From a virus (taxonomy: Duplodnaviria > Caudoviricetes), in the IMG/VR virus record IMGVR_UViG_3300044674_000385, positions 1 through 25,869 of that record: 25,869 bases of DNA; one strand, written 5' to 3'. Position numbers and translations under genes: made by a program. This document shows positions 1 through 8,213 of the stretch, one piece after another. Under the pieces are notes generated by a model. It searched no databases, had not been told where the DNA came from, and saw only the letters and a list, made by a program, of their open reading frames with translations. Each line of letters starts with the position of its first letter. Position 1 is the first letter of the stretch.

Positions 1-181
1 TAATCTACTGATTCCTAGTTTTTCTGCTAGGATTGTGAATACAGGAATACCTCTATCACCTAATCTGTTTAAATCTTCTAGTCCTAATCCACCAGCAGTT
101 GTTCTAGCATACAAATCAGTTATGGCTTGTAAAGCACCAACACTGTCTGCGGAAACACTTGCTACATCAGCAAATAAACGT
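1..181. repeat. Terminal direct repeat, left copy (circular or circularly permuted genome, unit length 25,688 bp)
   Basis: 1-181 matches 25689-25869 except at 127/25815 (t/c) and 145/25833 (g/a). Confidence 0.97.
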
Positions 182-498
182 AATTGTTTTATACTAGGAT
201 CTAATCCTGCGGCTTTTAATTTGATAACACTGGCTGTTAGATCTTCAACTGAGAATACACTCTGTTTGGCAAATTCTTTAATTTGTTCAAATGCTTGTTC
301 GCCTAATTGAGCATCTTTATAAAGAATACTTAAACTAGTTCTTAGGTCTTCAAATCTAGCACTAACATTGGCTATTTCTTTAAAAACAAAAGCAGAACCA
401 AATAAAGCACCTAGTCCAGCAAGTGTATTTTTTAAACTACCAATGGATTGCTGGGCACCCCGTGTATCTACGTCTACTGTATATCTTAAATCAGCCAT
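1..498 (-). CDS. Tape measure protein, N-terminal 166 aa (continues across the junction into 25688..23841; 781 aa in total)
   Basis: ATG at 498 gives MADLRYTVDVDTRGAQQSIGSLKNTLAGLGALFG...SARFEDLRTSL...FAKQSVFSVEDLT...LYARTTAGG, in frame with the 653-aa ORF at the window end. Missed by the ORF track. Directly downstream of the tail chaperones and the gp10-like gene. Confidence 0.93.
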   Translation of the reverse strand, partial: MADLRYTVDVDTRGAQQSIGSLKNTLAGLGALFGSAFVFKEIANVSARFEDLRTSLSILYKDAQLGEQAFEQIKEFAKQSVFSVEDLTASVIKLKAAGLDPSIKQLRLFADVASVSADSVGALQAITDLYARTTAGGLGLEDLNRLGDRGIPVFTILAEKLGISRL

Positions 499-499
499 A

Positions 500-796
500 T
501 TATTTCCTTAATATTTCACGGGTAATCAATTTCTTGATGTATTGTTCCGTAGGTTGGCTCATACCCCTTGGTGCTTGTTTACTCCAACCTTTATCTAGAG
601 GGACAGCATAATTGTAATTGGCTTTTATTTTTCTTCCTTGTAGCCTAGTTCTAGCACGAGCATTACCTGTGTCAATTGGAGTTATACCCTTCCAATATTC
701 ATAGGCACGCTGTGGTAATTTTTCAAACTTAGCTACAATTTTTCCAGCACTAGGACTAATTCTATCTCTAGTTTTTCTTAGCTTTACTGTGGCCAT
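500..796 (-). CDS. HK97 gp10-like tail completion/neck protein
   Basis: Basic 98-aa protein with TPIDTGNAR and YAVPLDKGWSKQAPRGM motifs, in the tail module. Confidence 0.75.
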   Translation of the reverse strand: MATVKLRKTRDRISPSAGKIVAKFEKLPQRAYEYWKGITPIDTGNARARTRLQGRKIKANYNYAVPLDKGWSKQAPRGMSQPTEQYIKKLITREILRK

Positions 797-1052
797 TCTT
801 TTTTGCCCTCTCTAACATTTCTTGTAGTTGAACTTGACTTAGTCCGTGATCACTCTTGTCTTTCCAACCACCTTGTTGTTTTTTATTTAGATATGATTCA
901 TAAGCTGTAGCTAGGTTAGCAACACGCATATCTAAATTGTCCCCCAACTTCATTACTTGTGATGGTAGATAACCATATCTCTTAGCAACAAAGTCAAGTA
1001 CCAAATAACTTGAAATGTCAGGAGTTATTTCGTGGAAGTTGGGGTCGCGAAG
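768..1052 (-). CDS. Tail assembly chaperone GT, frameshifted C-terminal part (fusion ~193 aa)
   Basis: The -1 frame from the slippery site is open: LRDPNFHEITPDISSYLVLDFVAKRYGYLPSQV..., ending at 768. The TTG start called at 1004 has no RBS. Confidence 0.85.
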   Translation of the reverse strand, partial: LRDPNFHEITPDISSYLVLDFVAKRYGYLPSQVMKLGDNLDMRVANLATAYESYLNKKQQGGWKDKSDHGLSQVQLQEMLERAKKNGHSKAKKN

Positions 1053-1348
1053 TTTCCCAACGCTTGTACCGTTTTTTCCACAGCCTTGATCATAATGTCA
1101 TTTGGTAAAACATTTCCGTTTACTAGCACAGGATTGCCTTTTTCATCAAGAATAAGGTCTTTCATTACTGCTAATACACTTCCAATATTCTGTCCGCCTT
1201 CAAGGTTGGCCAATTTCATAAATGTTTCCATATCTATACGATCGTATACCCAGAATTCTACGGCTTCACCATACGCCTTTACGATGGTTTCGTCGTCAAT
1301 AGTAATTTTGGTTAGTTTTGGCTCTTTGGCGAGTTCTGTTAGTTTCAT
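1025..1348 (-). CDS. Tail assembly chaperone G
   Basis: 107 aa, between tail tube and tape measure; GGAG RBS; slippery heptamer near the 3' end. Confidence 0.85.
   Translation of the reverse strand: MKLTELAKEPKLTKITIDDETIVKAYGEAVEFWVYDRIDMETFMKLANLEGGQNIGSVLAVMKDLILDEKGNPVLVNGNVLPNDIMIKAVEKTVQALGNFATPTSTK
1052..1058 (-). promoter_or_regulatory. Programmed -1 ribosomal frameshift site G GGA AAC
   Basis: X XXY YYZ heptamer in the correct phase (TTG GGA AAC), analogous to lambda G/T GGGAAAG. Confidence 0.88.
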
Positions 1349-1351
1349 CTG

Positions 1352-1525
1352 TTAGTCTCCTTGTCTTTCTATCAGTTTGTTAAGGACAACAACAAGAAAG
1401 TTTAATCTACTTCTTGCTTTCTTAACGTCCTTTTCAGCACAGTTTAATTCATTATTGGCTTTGTTGATTTCTGCCAATACACTCTGCTGTAGTTCTATAT
1501 CAGTCTTTTTATCTAATACATCCAT
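1352..1525 (-). CDS. 57-aa coiled-coil protein (below the ORF-track cutoff)
   Basis: MDVLDKKTDIELQQSVLAEINKANNELNCAEKDVKKARSRLNFLVVVLNKLIERQGD; AGGA RBS and TAAATA upstream; fills the gap exactly. Confidence 0.8.
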   Translation of the reverse strand: MDVLDKKTDIELQQSVLAEINKANNELNCAEKDVKKARSRLNFLVVVLNKLIERQGD

Positions 1526-1542
1526 TAATCTGTCCTACATTG

Positions 1543-1548
1543 TATTTA
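1543..1548 (-). promoter_or_regulatory. T4-like late promoter core TAAATA (chaperone/tape-measure/tail-tip operon)
   Basis: ACTAAATAC just after a terminator and 17 nt before the ATG at 1525; no -35. Confidence 0.7.
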
Positions 1549-1556
1549 GTCTTTAG

Positions 1557-1585
1557 AAAAAAAGAGGGCCTAAAAAGACCCTCTT
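1557..1585 (-). terminator. Rho-independent terminator
   Basis: AAGAGGGTC-TTTTTA-GGCCCTCTT followed by a T run, downstream of the tail tube gene. Confidence 0.85.
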
Positions 1586-1631
1586 AATGCCCTCTATAGA
1601 GTTGAGAACCATAGCCCTCACGCTCTATAGA
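1557..1631 (-). ncRNA. Putative ~70-nt hairpin small RNA
   Basis: TAAATA at 1632-1637, then TCTATAGAG-CG-TGAGGGC-TATG-GTTCTCA-A-CTCTATAGA (G-U pairs on the - strand), then the terminator; no ORF. Confidence 0.5.
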
Positions 1632-1637
1632 TATTTA
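1632..1637 (-). promoter_or_regulatory. T4-like late promoter core TAAATA
   Basis: ACTAAATAT immediately after the tail tube stop codon. Confidence 0.55.
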
Positions 1638-1643
1638 GTTTTA

Positions 1644-2144
1644 TTATGGTGTTGCTGTATCATCTACAGTGTAGTCACCATCCACAGTAATTGTGATTGG
1701 AGATACCCAAACAGGCGAATCAGCAGATACAGTTGGTGCTAGACCAGTAATGTATCCTGAACCAGTGACTGTTACGCCTTCTGTTCCATCATCTTCGTCA
1801 CCCATATACAGTGAAAAACTAACTTTAGTTTTTAGAGTAGACATACCAAAGATGCCTGCTCCTGCCACTGTAGTGGAACTTGAATATGATCCATCGTCTG
1901 TTCCAAAGAATGAATCTTTGTCAAGAACTAGGTTCATAGCCAAGCTGTTTGTTGCTGTAGTAGCAATTTGGTTTTTGGACGCTGTGTCCAATTGTGTCCA
2001 AGTAAAAACGTCGTTAGCCGCATTAATCGTTACGTCTTGAAGAGCCGCTACACTTAGAGAACCTGTTAAAGTTCCTGCGGAATCTGTAAGACTAAGAGTA
2101 ACCTGCTTTGACGCTACACCTGGTGCTGGATATATATATGCCAT
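1644..2144 (-). CDS. Major tail tube protein
   Basis: 166 aa, beta-rich, Ser/Thr-rich; GSGYITGLAPTVSADSPVWVSPITITVDG resembles siphovirus tube C-termini; lies between tail terminator and chaperones. Confidence 0.85.
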   Translation of the reverse strand: MAYIYPAPGVASKQVTLSLTDSAGTLTGSLSVAALQDVTINAANDVFTWTQLDTASKNQIATTATNSLAMNLVLDKDSFFGTDDGSYSSSTTVAGAGIFGMSTLKTKVSFSLYMGDEDDGTEGVTVTGSGYITGLAPTVSADSPVWVSPITITVDGDYTVDDTATP

Positions 2145-2166
2145 AGTTTTCTTCCTTTATGTTATC

Positions 2167-2562
2167 TTAGGTTTTTACCCTATTGAAGTTGTATTCCACC
2201 TGGCTAACAAGCAAATCGTTCTCATATGTAGTAGAAACTACACAGTTCCTATTTACAGAACCATCAAAAGACACCGTGTCTTTGATGCCTCTTAGAGAAT
2301 CAACTGTACTTGTATAGTTCGCTGGAACGTTCTTAGCATCAACGCTGAAATAGACGGTTACTGATGTTAAGCTATTGTTTACGACGGTTCCATCTAGAGC
2401 AGTCACCAAAGGTTCTTCTGTAGATTGTATTGAGTCAACATAGATAGTTTTTGGATTGAACAAATATAGTCCATTGCCGCCATCATCATATGGAAATTCG
2501 TTTGATACATTGTATCCACTAAGTCCCAAATTTTTGATTTTGTCTAGTACATCTGTTCTCAT
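2167..2562 (-). CDS. Tail terminator/completion protein
   Basis: 131 aa, directly upstream of the tail tube; alternating beta/alpha pattern; stop/start overlap with the upstream gene. Confidence 0.65.
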   Translation of the reverse strand: MRTDVLDKIKNLGLSGYNVSNEFPYDDGGNGLYLFNPKTIYVDSIQSTEEPLVTALDGTVVNNSLTSVTVYFSVDAKNVPANYTSTVDSLRGIKDTVSFDGSVNRNCVVSTTYENDLLVSQVEYNFNRVKT

Positions 2563-3071
2563 TATCTAACTCTCTTAAAGACATATTGGCCTGGATCTTT
2601 TTCAGTGCTGGCAATAGTGCCGTCACTGTCAAAGTCATACCAATCGCCTGCGTTGATCAACTCCGCAAACAATGATTCTGATTTGTTAGCATAAAAACTC
2701 ATCTTAGCTCTTTCAGCATTATCTTCATTTCCAAAGTCTGCTACTTGAGGTAAAATGTATTCTGCTAACGCCTCATAGACAGTCAAATCAGTAAAGTCGT
2801 TTTGCCTGTCAGCAATATTGTCTACGTCCACAGCAGGAATATCTGCCATAGTACGGATGGTGATTGAACTATCACGATTAGTGTAATAACTCCTCCACCA
2901 ATCCGTTTGCCTAATCTTTGCTAGGATTCTTTCCGTTGCTCTGATTAGTGCGTCTTCAACAATATCATCAGTAAGGCCCTCATTTGAATCAAACAGTCTT
3001 TGATCCTTTGCTACTACATCGCTGTAATCAGCAAATGATATAACAGAGTTGTTGTCGTAAATGAAAGCCAT
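2562..3071 (-). CDS. Head-tail connector/adaptor
   Basis: 169-aa helical protein immediately after the capsid gene (ALIRATERILAKIR helix); AGGAG RBS. Confidence 0.65.
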   Translation of the reverse strand: MAFIYDNNSVISFADYSDVVAKDQRLFDSNEGLTDDIVEDALIRATERILAKIRQTDWWRSYYTNRDSSITIRTMADIPAVDVDNIADRQNDFTDLTVYEALAEYILPQVADFGNEDNAERAKMSFYANKSESLFAELINAGDWYDFDSDGTIASTEKDPGQYVFKRVR

Positions 3072-3085
3072 AATCTATCTCCTAA

Positions 3086-3916
3086 TTACACTGCGTCTTG
3101 GATTAAGATACCGCGACCTGCGTCAATTAGAGCTGGTTTTGCGTGTAGGCTAGCAACAATGTCATTACCCACTGCTTCTGCTCTACGTGCTACCTCAATG
3201 TCAACATTTTTCTGCATCGCAATTCTCATTGCGTCTTGACCAAAGATAGCCATTTTAGCACCTGTTACGCCTGTGTTTGTAGCATCTAAGTAAGATGAAA
3301 CAAAGCACTGAACGCCAGCGATTGTGCCAACAAAACCATTTCTTAATGCTTCACTCTGGAAGTCACCACCAGCGTATGCTTGTGATCCAATAGCACTCAT
3401 AAGAGCCGCATATGAACCAGCACCAACTACGCCATATAGTTGACCTGTTTCGCCAGCAGAACGGATTGTTCCAACAGCACTAAAGATTTCGTCTAAGTCT
3501 AAATCACCGCTTGTGATTTCTTGAGCAGTTAGGTTACCCATAACACCCATAACAGCAGTATCAAAAGCATTTGATACAGCGTTACCTAAAACACGACCAA
3601 TTTCGTTTGGATCAATAGCACCCAAGTCTCTTAGGACTGAACGTGCCGCATATAGATCACAAGTGATTGTGTTTTTAGTGTCTGCAGGTAGAACTGCGTC
3701 TACGTCTACACCAGGAGATGCTTCAGCTGAAAGTGTGGTAGCACTAACAGAAGCAAGTTCTGGAACTTGTAGCACACCATTTGGTGCGTTAACAACTGGA
3801 ATCAATTGTCCGCCTAGGAACAATGAAGATTCGTGTGCGGCGTATACTGTTGCCGCTTTTACGGGTACAACTAGAGCATCTGTATTAATAACGGATGCGT
3901 ATGCTGAGTTTGCCAT
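3086..3916 (-). CDS. Major capsid protein (HK97 fold)
   Basis: 276 aa after the scaffold; EIGRVLGNAVSNAFD backbone helix, GFVGTIAGVQCFVS, DIEVARR motifs; strong AAGGAG RBS. Confidence 0.9.
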   Translation of the reverse strand: MANSAYASVINTDALVVPVKAATVYAAHESSLFLGGQLIPVVNAPNGVLQVPELASVSATTLSAEASPGVDVDAVLPADTKNTITCDLYAARSVLRDLGAIDPNEIGRVLGNAVSNAFDTAVMGVMGNLTAQEITSGDLDLDEIFSAVGTIRSAGETGQLYGVVGAGSYAALMSAIGSQAYAGGDFQSEALRNGFVGTIAGVQCFVSSYLDATNTGVTGAKMAIFGQDAMRIAMQKNVDIEVARRAEAVGNDIVASLHAKPALIDAGRGILIQDAV

Positions 3917-3939
3917 AGTATTTCTCCTTTTTGGCTAAT

Positions 3940-4626
3940 TTACAAGAGGCCTTTTTGTCTTGCCTCTTTATATAGTTTACGATGTTCTGGATTGCTCATA
4001 TCCAAATTGCTGAGATCAATATCGCCACCTGTGTTTGGAACGCCTACACTACTTCTTGTGTTAGTAGTGCTTGCCCCTGCTCTCTTAAAATGTGGATTTT
4101 GTGTTAACCACTCTTTAACAAATTCATCTACAGATAGCAAATTACCAGAGTCTGTGTATCGCACATTGCCTTCCTTGTCAACAACCTCAACATCTTCGCC
4201 AGTCTCGTTAAGTCTAACGTGTGTAGATAGCAGTTGTCTCACCTGTTCAGGATTGACACTGTCGTATCTTGCGGCGGCGTCAATTAAAGGTGTGTTAACA
4301 CGATACTCTCTAATCATCTGATCTCTTTTTTGGATTTCAGCATCCTTTTTAGAAGCAAGTTCTTGTAGAGTCTTTTCAAACTCACCCCTTTTGAGGGCTT
4401 CTTCTTGGCGACGTTTTTCTTCTTTCGCCTTAAGTTCTTTTAACTCTTCTACATCACCCAAGTCTGCGTATCTGCTTTCTAATTTTTTAGTTAGACTGCC
4501 ACGCATACGAGCCATCATATTATCTACCTCGTCTTGTGTGTATGTTTTTACTGCTTCTGCCTGATTTTCAGTTGTTACTTCAGCATCAGTTGCTGGGTCA
4601 TTAGCCAATGTTTGTTCTACGGTCAT
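3940..4626 (-). CDS. Capsid scaffolding protein
   Basis: KTYTQDEVDNMMARMR motif, charged coiled coil (EKRRQEEALKRGEFEKTL), WLTQNPHF; precedes the capsid gene. Confidence 0.88.
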   Translation of the reverse strand: MTVEQTLANDPATDAEVTTENQAEAVKTYTQDEVDNMMARMRGSLTKKLESRYADLGDVEELKELKAKEEKRRQEEALKRGEFEKTLQELASKKDAEIQKRDQMIREYRVNTPLIDAAARYDSVNPEQVRQLLSTHVRLNETGEDVEVVDKEGNVRYTDSGNLLSVDEFVKEWLTQNPHFKRAGASTTNTRSSVGVPNTGGDIDLSNLDMSNPEHRKLYKEARQKGLL

Positions 4627-4659
4627 TGTTACCTCGCCTCCTTTATGAGTTATTAAATG

Positions 4660-4665
4660 TATTTA
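4660..4665 (-). promoter_or_regulatory. T4-like late promoter core TAAATA (scaffold/capsid operon)
   Basis: GCTAAATAC overlapping the upstream stop codon, 33 nt before the scaffold ATG with AAGGAGG RBS. Confidence 0.7.
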
Positions 4666-5010
4666 GCTTTTATCCGTAAAAAAGCCTATTTTTGAACGGA
4701 TACTATATAATTTAGCACGATCTTGTTGTATCAAACACGGAACTGGAGCACTGTAGTCTTCGTAACTAGGATGACTCCATAGCCACTCTTCTTCAGGCCT
4801 TTGTTCATTCAATCTGTTGTGTATCTTTTTCAACTGTCTTGCGTTGTGTTTGCTTGTATAGATCCTTGCTTCATAGTTGCCAAGGTCAAATACAATACCT
4901 TGCCATTCTACAATATCTATTAAATTGTTGCGGTGTGCCTGTAGACTCCACGGACACACTGCTTTTATTGATTCAAAGTAATCGTGCCAATTAACCTCTA
5001 CGGCCGCCAC
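4663..5010 (-). CDS. Hypothetical protein (VCPWS motif)
   Basis: 115 aa; GTG start overlapping the upstream small gene, AAGG RBS; function not recognised. Confidence 0.7.
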   Translation of the reverse strand: MAAVEVNWHDYFESIKAVCPWSLQAHRNNLIDIVEWQGIVFDLGNYEARIYTSKHNARQLKKIHNRLNEQRPEEEWLWSHPSYEDYSAPVPCLIQQDRAKLYSIRSKIGFFTDKS

Positions 5011-5146
5011 GATTTCCTTTTTTCTTCTTCTTTTTCATAGCCATTTCAATAGCCCTCCCTTGACGTTCTGCTTCAGCACGAGTAGCAAAACATTTGCCTG
5101 TGCTACCCCATTTGTAACCGCCTGAAGCACACTTCATTACTGGCAT
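4991..5146 (-). CDS. 51-aa highly basic protein (below the ORF-track cutoff)
   Basis: MPVMKCASGGYKWGSTGKCFATRAEAERQGRAIEMAMKKKKKKGNRGGRRG; ATG abuts the portal stop. Confidence 0.75.
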   Translation of the reverse strand: MPVMKCASGGYKWGSTGKCFATRAEAERQGRAIEMAMKKKKKKGNRGGRRG

Positions 5147-6616
5147 CTAAGATGCCTCCACTGGAGCCACGCCTTCTCCTGGGTGGAACCAACCCTGTGC
5201 GGCCAATTCCAAATGTTCTTCTTCCGTACGAGCAAGTCTACGTTCTCCTGTTTGTGGATCCTCCATTATGTGAGGTTCAAAGTCTGGTAATTTTATTTCT
5301 TCTTCTAGGTCCATCCAATCAAGCAATTGACGATCAATTTGTTTTATAACTTTAGGATCTGTAGCAGTTTCTTTTGCTGTTCTTAACTGTTGGATTTCAC
5401 TTGCTTTGTCTCTGATGTTGAAACTGTTAGGATACATAATATCTCCATTCCAGTCAACACCTAGATAGTATGACATCATCTTCCACATCTGTTCTTCAGC
5501 AAGTTGTAGTGAACTTGCTTTCTGAGAAAGACGAGCATTAAGTAGACTGAATTCAACTTCCATTGCTACGCCACTCATTGTTCTTGATTCTGAGGCACGC
5601 ACAGCACCTGTGTTAGCCATCTTGTCAATTGCGGCTGTGGTGTGTTCAATGCTTTTGTAGATTGAATCAATACTTGCTCCTGAAAACTCAAGAGCGTATG
5701 GTTTTAAGCCAGGGTCTAAATTCTCTTCTATTTGAATAACTGATCCTGGCCCAACACCCAAGTTTGTGTTTGGTGTAGCAACAACACTAGGATGAGTGTC
5801 TAGTTTGATCGCTTCAACTGCCTCTGACGTACAGTTATAGATCATCTTCTGTGCGTAGGCAATATCTTGGATGTCTGAAATACCAATGCCTCTAACCTCT
5901 GAACGCTGGTTATAGGCACAAATTGCTGGGATCCATCCAAGTTCATTAGGTTCTTCAACCCTTGAAATGATGCTTTGTTCTTCAGTGTCAACAACACTGG
6001 TAACAATTACTTCTGGATACCATTCTTTGATTGTTTGTTGACTACCATTAAAGTCTTCTACATACTTGAAATAATCTAATTTGTATTTTCCAATTGGATT
6101 TCTATACCAATTCCAGTCAGTTACTGCCAATGGCGTCAACATATTAAGATATGGACGCACACCTGCTTCTAATTCTTCTGCCTGTGTTGCTAAACTTAGG
6201 TTAGGTTTGGTTAATATTAGCCAGCAGTGTCCAAAAACTGAACTCCAAGTGCTGACTTCACGCATAATTTCATTAAGACTGCGACCATCTTGATCAGCAT
6301 CTTTCAAAAATTCTTCTACTACAGGATTGTTTTCTAGTCCGCCTAGTTCTCTCCAAGGCTCTTCTCTAAATAAAAAACTATTGTAAACACTTACTACACT
6401 TTTACAATGGTTTTCTAGTGGTGTTGTTTGAAGTCTGTTGTTGTATTCTCTTGGTGTTTCCAATTGATACTTGGTTAGATGTCCTGCTTCAGTGTAGACT
6501 TCTCCGCCTAAATAACTTTGGTAGGCAAATTCCCAACGTTCTCTATATGTTGTATAGATATCATTGGCACTGAGCAAGGTTGATATTTGATTTTGTATTA
6601 ATTGATTAGCGTCCAT
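5147..6616 (-). CDS. Portal protein (SPP1 gp6-like)
   Basis: 489 aa after TerL; YLGG, TPLENHCKSVVSVYNSFLF, LGWIPAICAYN, SDIQDIAYAQKMIYN, SGVAM motifs. Confidence 0.92.
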   Translation of the reverse strand: MDANQLIQNQISTLLSANDIYTTYRERWEFAYQSYLGGEVYTEAGHLTKYQLETPREYNNRLQTTPLENHCKSVVSVYNSFLFREEPWRELGGLENNPVVEEFLKDADQDGRSLNEIMREVSTWSSVFGHCWLILTKPNLSLATQAEELEAGVRPYLNMLTPLAVTDWNWYRNPIGKYKLDYFKYVEDFNGSQQTIKEWYPEVIVTSVVDTEEQSIISRVEEPNELGWIPAICAYNQRSEVRGIGISDIQDIAYAQKMIYNCTSEAVEAIKLDTHPSVVATPNTNLGVGPGSVIQIEENLDPGLKPYALEFSGASIDSIYKSIEHTTAAIDKMANTGAVRASESRTMSGVAMEVEFSLLNARLSQKASSLQLAEEQMWKMMSYYLGVDWNGDIMYPNSFNIRDKASEIQQLRTAKETATDPKVIKQIDRQLLDWMDLEEEIKLPDFEPHIMEDPQTGERRLARTEEEHLELAAQGWFHPGEGVAPVEAS

Positions 6617-6627
6617 ATTTGTTCCTT

Positions 6628-7869
6628 TTACCTTACAGCCCAGGTCCTTGGTTGTTTGATTGTTACTGTCTTCCTAATAGGATACAGGTATGCCACACAA
6701 TAGGACAACGCATCAAACATATGGTCATAACCTGAATCTTTATCAGGTTGTTGACTGCCTTCTTTGAAGGTATGTTTATCTAAACTCTCTATAACATATT
6801 TAGCCTTTGAGCTAACAAACAGGTGATTTTTACCATCTGCGGAGCTGAAACGAGCGTTTATAGCATTGATACGATCTTTAACAGGATCGTGTTTGCGTGG
6901 TGCCTTGACAGCAAAGCCTTTGTTGGCCAGTATCAAATGGTCACTCACACCACCACTTGAAGTCTGCGATCTTGACCCACTAGGATCTGGGAATACTGTG
7001 ATTTTACTGTGTGGGTATCTCGCACGGATCTCATCCGCTACTTCTGCTGTGTGTGAATTTGGTAGTTTTACTTCATCTATTACGTAGATGTCATCGCCTT
7101 GTTGAACTGCTATAGCGGCCACACAAGGATTGATATTGAAGTCCATTCCTATGATTAAATTTTTAGTATCTAGCACAGGAGGTTCTTTGATCATAGTTTC
7201 TCTGTCCCAGGCCCAAGCAACACGATTTGAGAAACTTTCAAACGTAGCAAGAAACTCTTGTCTATACTGTTTGTCACTCATATCCTGCTTTGCGGCTTCA
7301 AGTTCATCAAGTGTAACAAAGCCACCATCTGCTGTTGTGTATTGGAATGCGGCCCAGTCTTTGTTTTTAGGCTCGCCAGCAAATGTGTATAGGTCAAAGA
7401 AAGGATTGGCCAGGCCTTTGGGTGTGCCAATAAAAAGGGCTCCGCCCTTACGATCCGCCAGAGCAGGACGTAGCACTTCTCCCCACAGTTCTTCAAGCTG
7501 GCAGTCAGCGGCTTCATCTATTACAACATAGTCTAGTGAGATACCTCTTAGTTTGTTAGGATCATCTGACCCTTTTAAACTAATGGTGCTACCGTTCTTA
7601 AGCACAATAGTTAATTCAGTTTCGTTTATTTTGAACACCCATCTTAGATCCGTTAGTTTGTTTTTAAGAGGTTTCCACATAATCATTTTGGCCGCACGAT
7701 AACTTGTGGTAACATACATTATGTCCTTGTTGGGAACACGGGCACGGTAACAGATTTCTCTTAGGCTGAGAAATGATTTACCAAACCTTCTGCCTGCGGC
7801 TACACATTTAAATCGTGACTCATTGTCTGCGATTGTTCTCTGGGGATCACTTAGCTTCAAATTGTTCAC
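6628..7869 (-). CDS. terL: Terminase large subunit
   Basis: Walker A AGRRFGKS, Walker B LRGISLDYVVIDEAA, motif III FIGTPKG, nuclease IGMDFN and DHMFDALSY. Confidence 0.97.
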   Translation of the reverse strand: MNNLKLSDPQRTIADNESRFKCVAAGRRFGKSFLSLREICYRARVPNKDIMYVTTSYRAAKMIMWKPLKNKLTDLRWVFKINETELTIVLKNGSTISLKGSDDPNKLRGISLDYVVIDEAADCQLEELWGEVLRPALADRKGGALFIGTPKGLANPFFDLYTFAGEPKNKDWAAFQYTTADGGFVTLDELEAAKQDMSDKQYRQEFLATFESFSNRVAWAWDRETMIKEPPVLDTKNLIIGMDFNINPCVAAIAVQQGDDIYVIDEVKLPNSHTAEVADEIRARYPHSKITVFPDPSGSRSQTSSGGVSDHLILANKGFAVKAPRKHDPVKDRINAINARFSSADGKNHLFVSSKAKYVIESLDKHTFKEGSQQPDKDSGYDHMFDALSYCVAYLYPIRKTVTIKQPRTWAVR

Positions 7870-8203
7870 TACCTCTTGCTTGTAGAAATTCTTTTCTTGT
7901 AATTATTTCACAGTTGTGTTTACTCCACGCACCTTCTGGATCAACCCTAGCAAGACACAGTTTGTCTGCTTCTCTGCCACGCTGTTCAAACAGTTCAGGT
8001 GTCCATAGATCAAACCAATCATCTGCGGTTAGTTCATAGGCTTCTCCTCTATAACGTGCTTGTGCTTTGTGTCGCATATAGGCATAGTATCTGTTGCGTT
8101 GTTCTTGATCCTTGTATTTGTGTTTGTCAGGATTGTAGTAGCGTCCTGGCTTGTTGTTTGGTGCGTGTTTGCTTAGTATTTTGGGTAGATAGTTCGTTGC
8201 CAT
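7847..8203 (-). CDS. HNH-like (T7 gp5.3-type) protein, possibly catalytically degenerate
   Basis: Probable start ATG 8203 with AGGAGG RBS (118 aa); HKAQARYRG-x3-ELT-x3-W-x3-W...RG...LARVDPEGAWSKHNCEIIT pattern; overlaps the terL start. Confidence 0.6.
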   Translation of the reverse strand: MATNYLPKILSKHAPNNKPGRYYNPDKHKYKDQEQRNRYYAYMRHKAQARYRGEAYELTADDWFDLWTPELFEQRGREADKLCLARVDPEGAWSKHNCEIITRKEFLQARGSEQFEAK

Positions 8204-8213
8204 CTTGCCTCCT

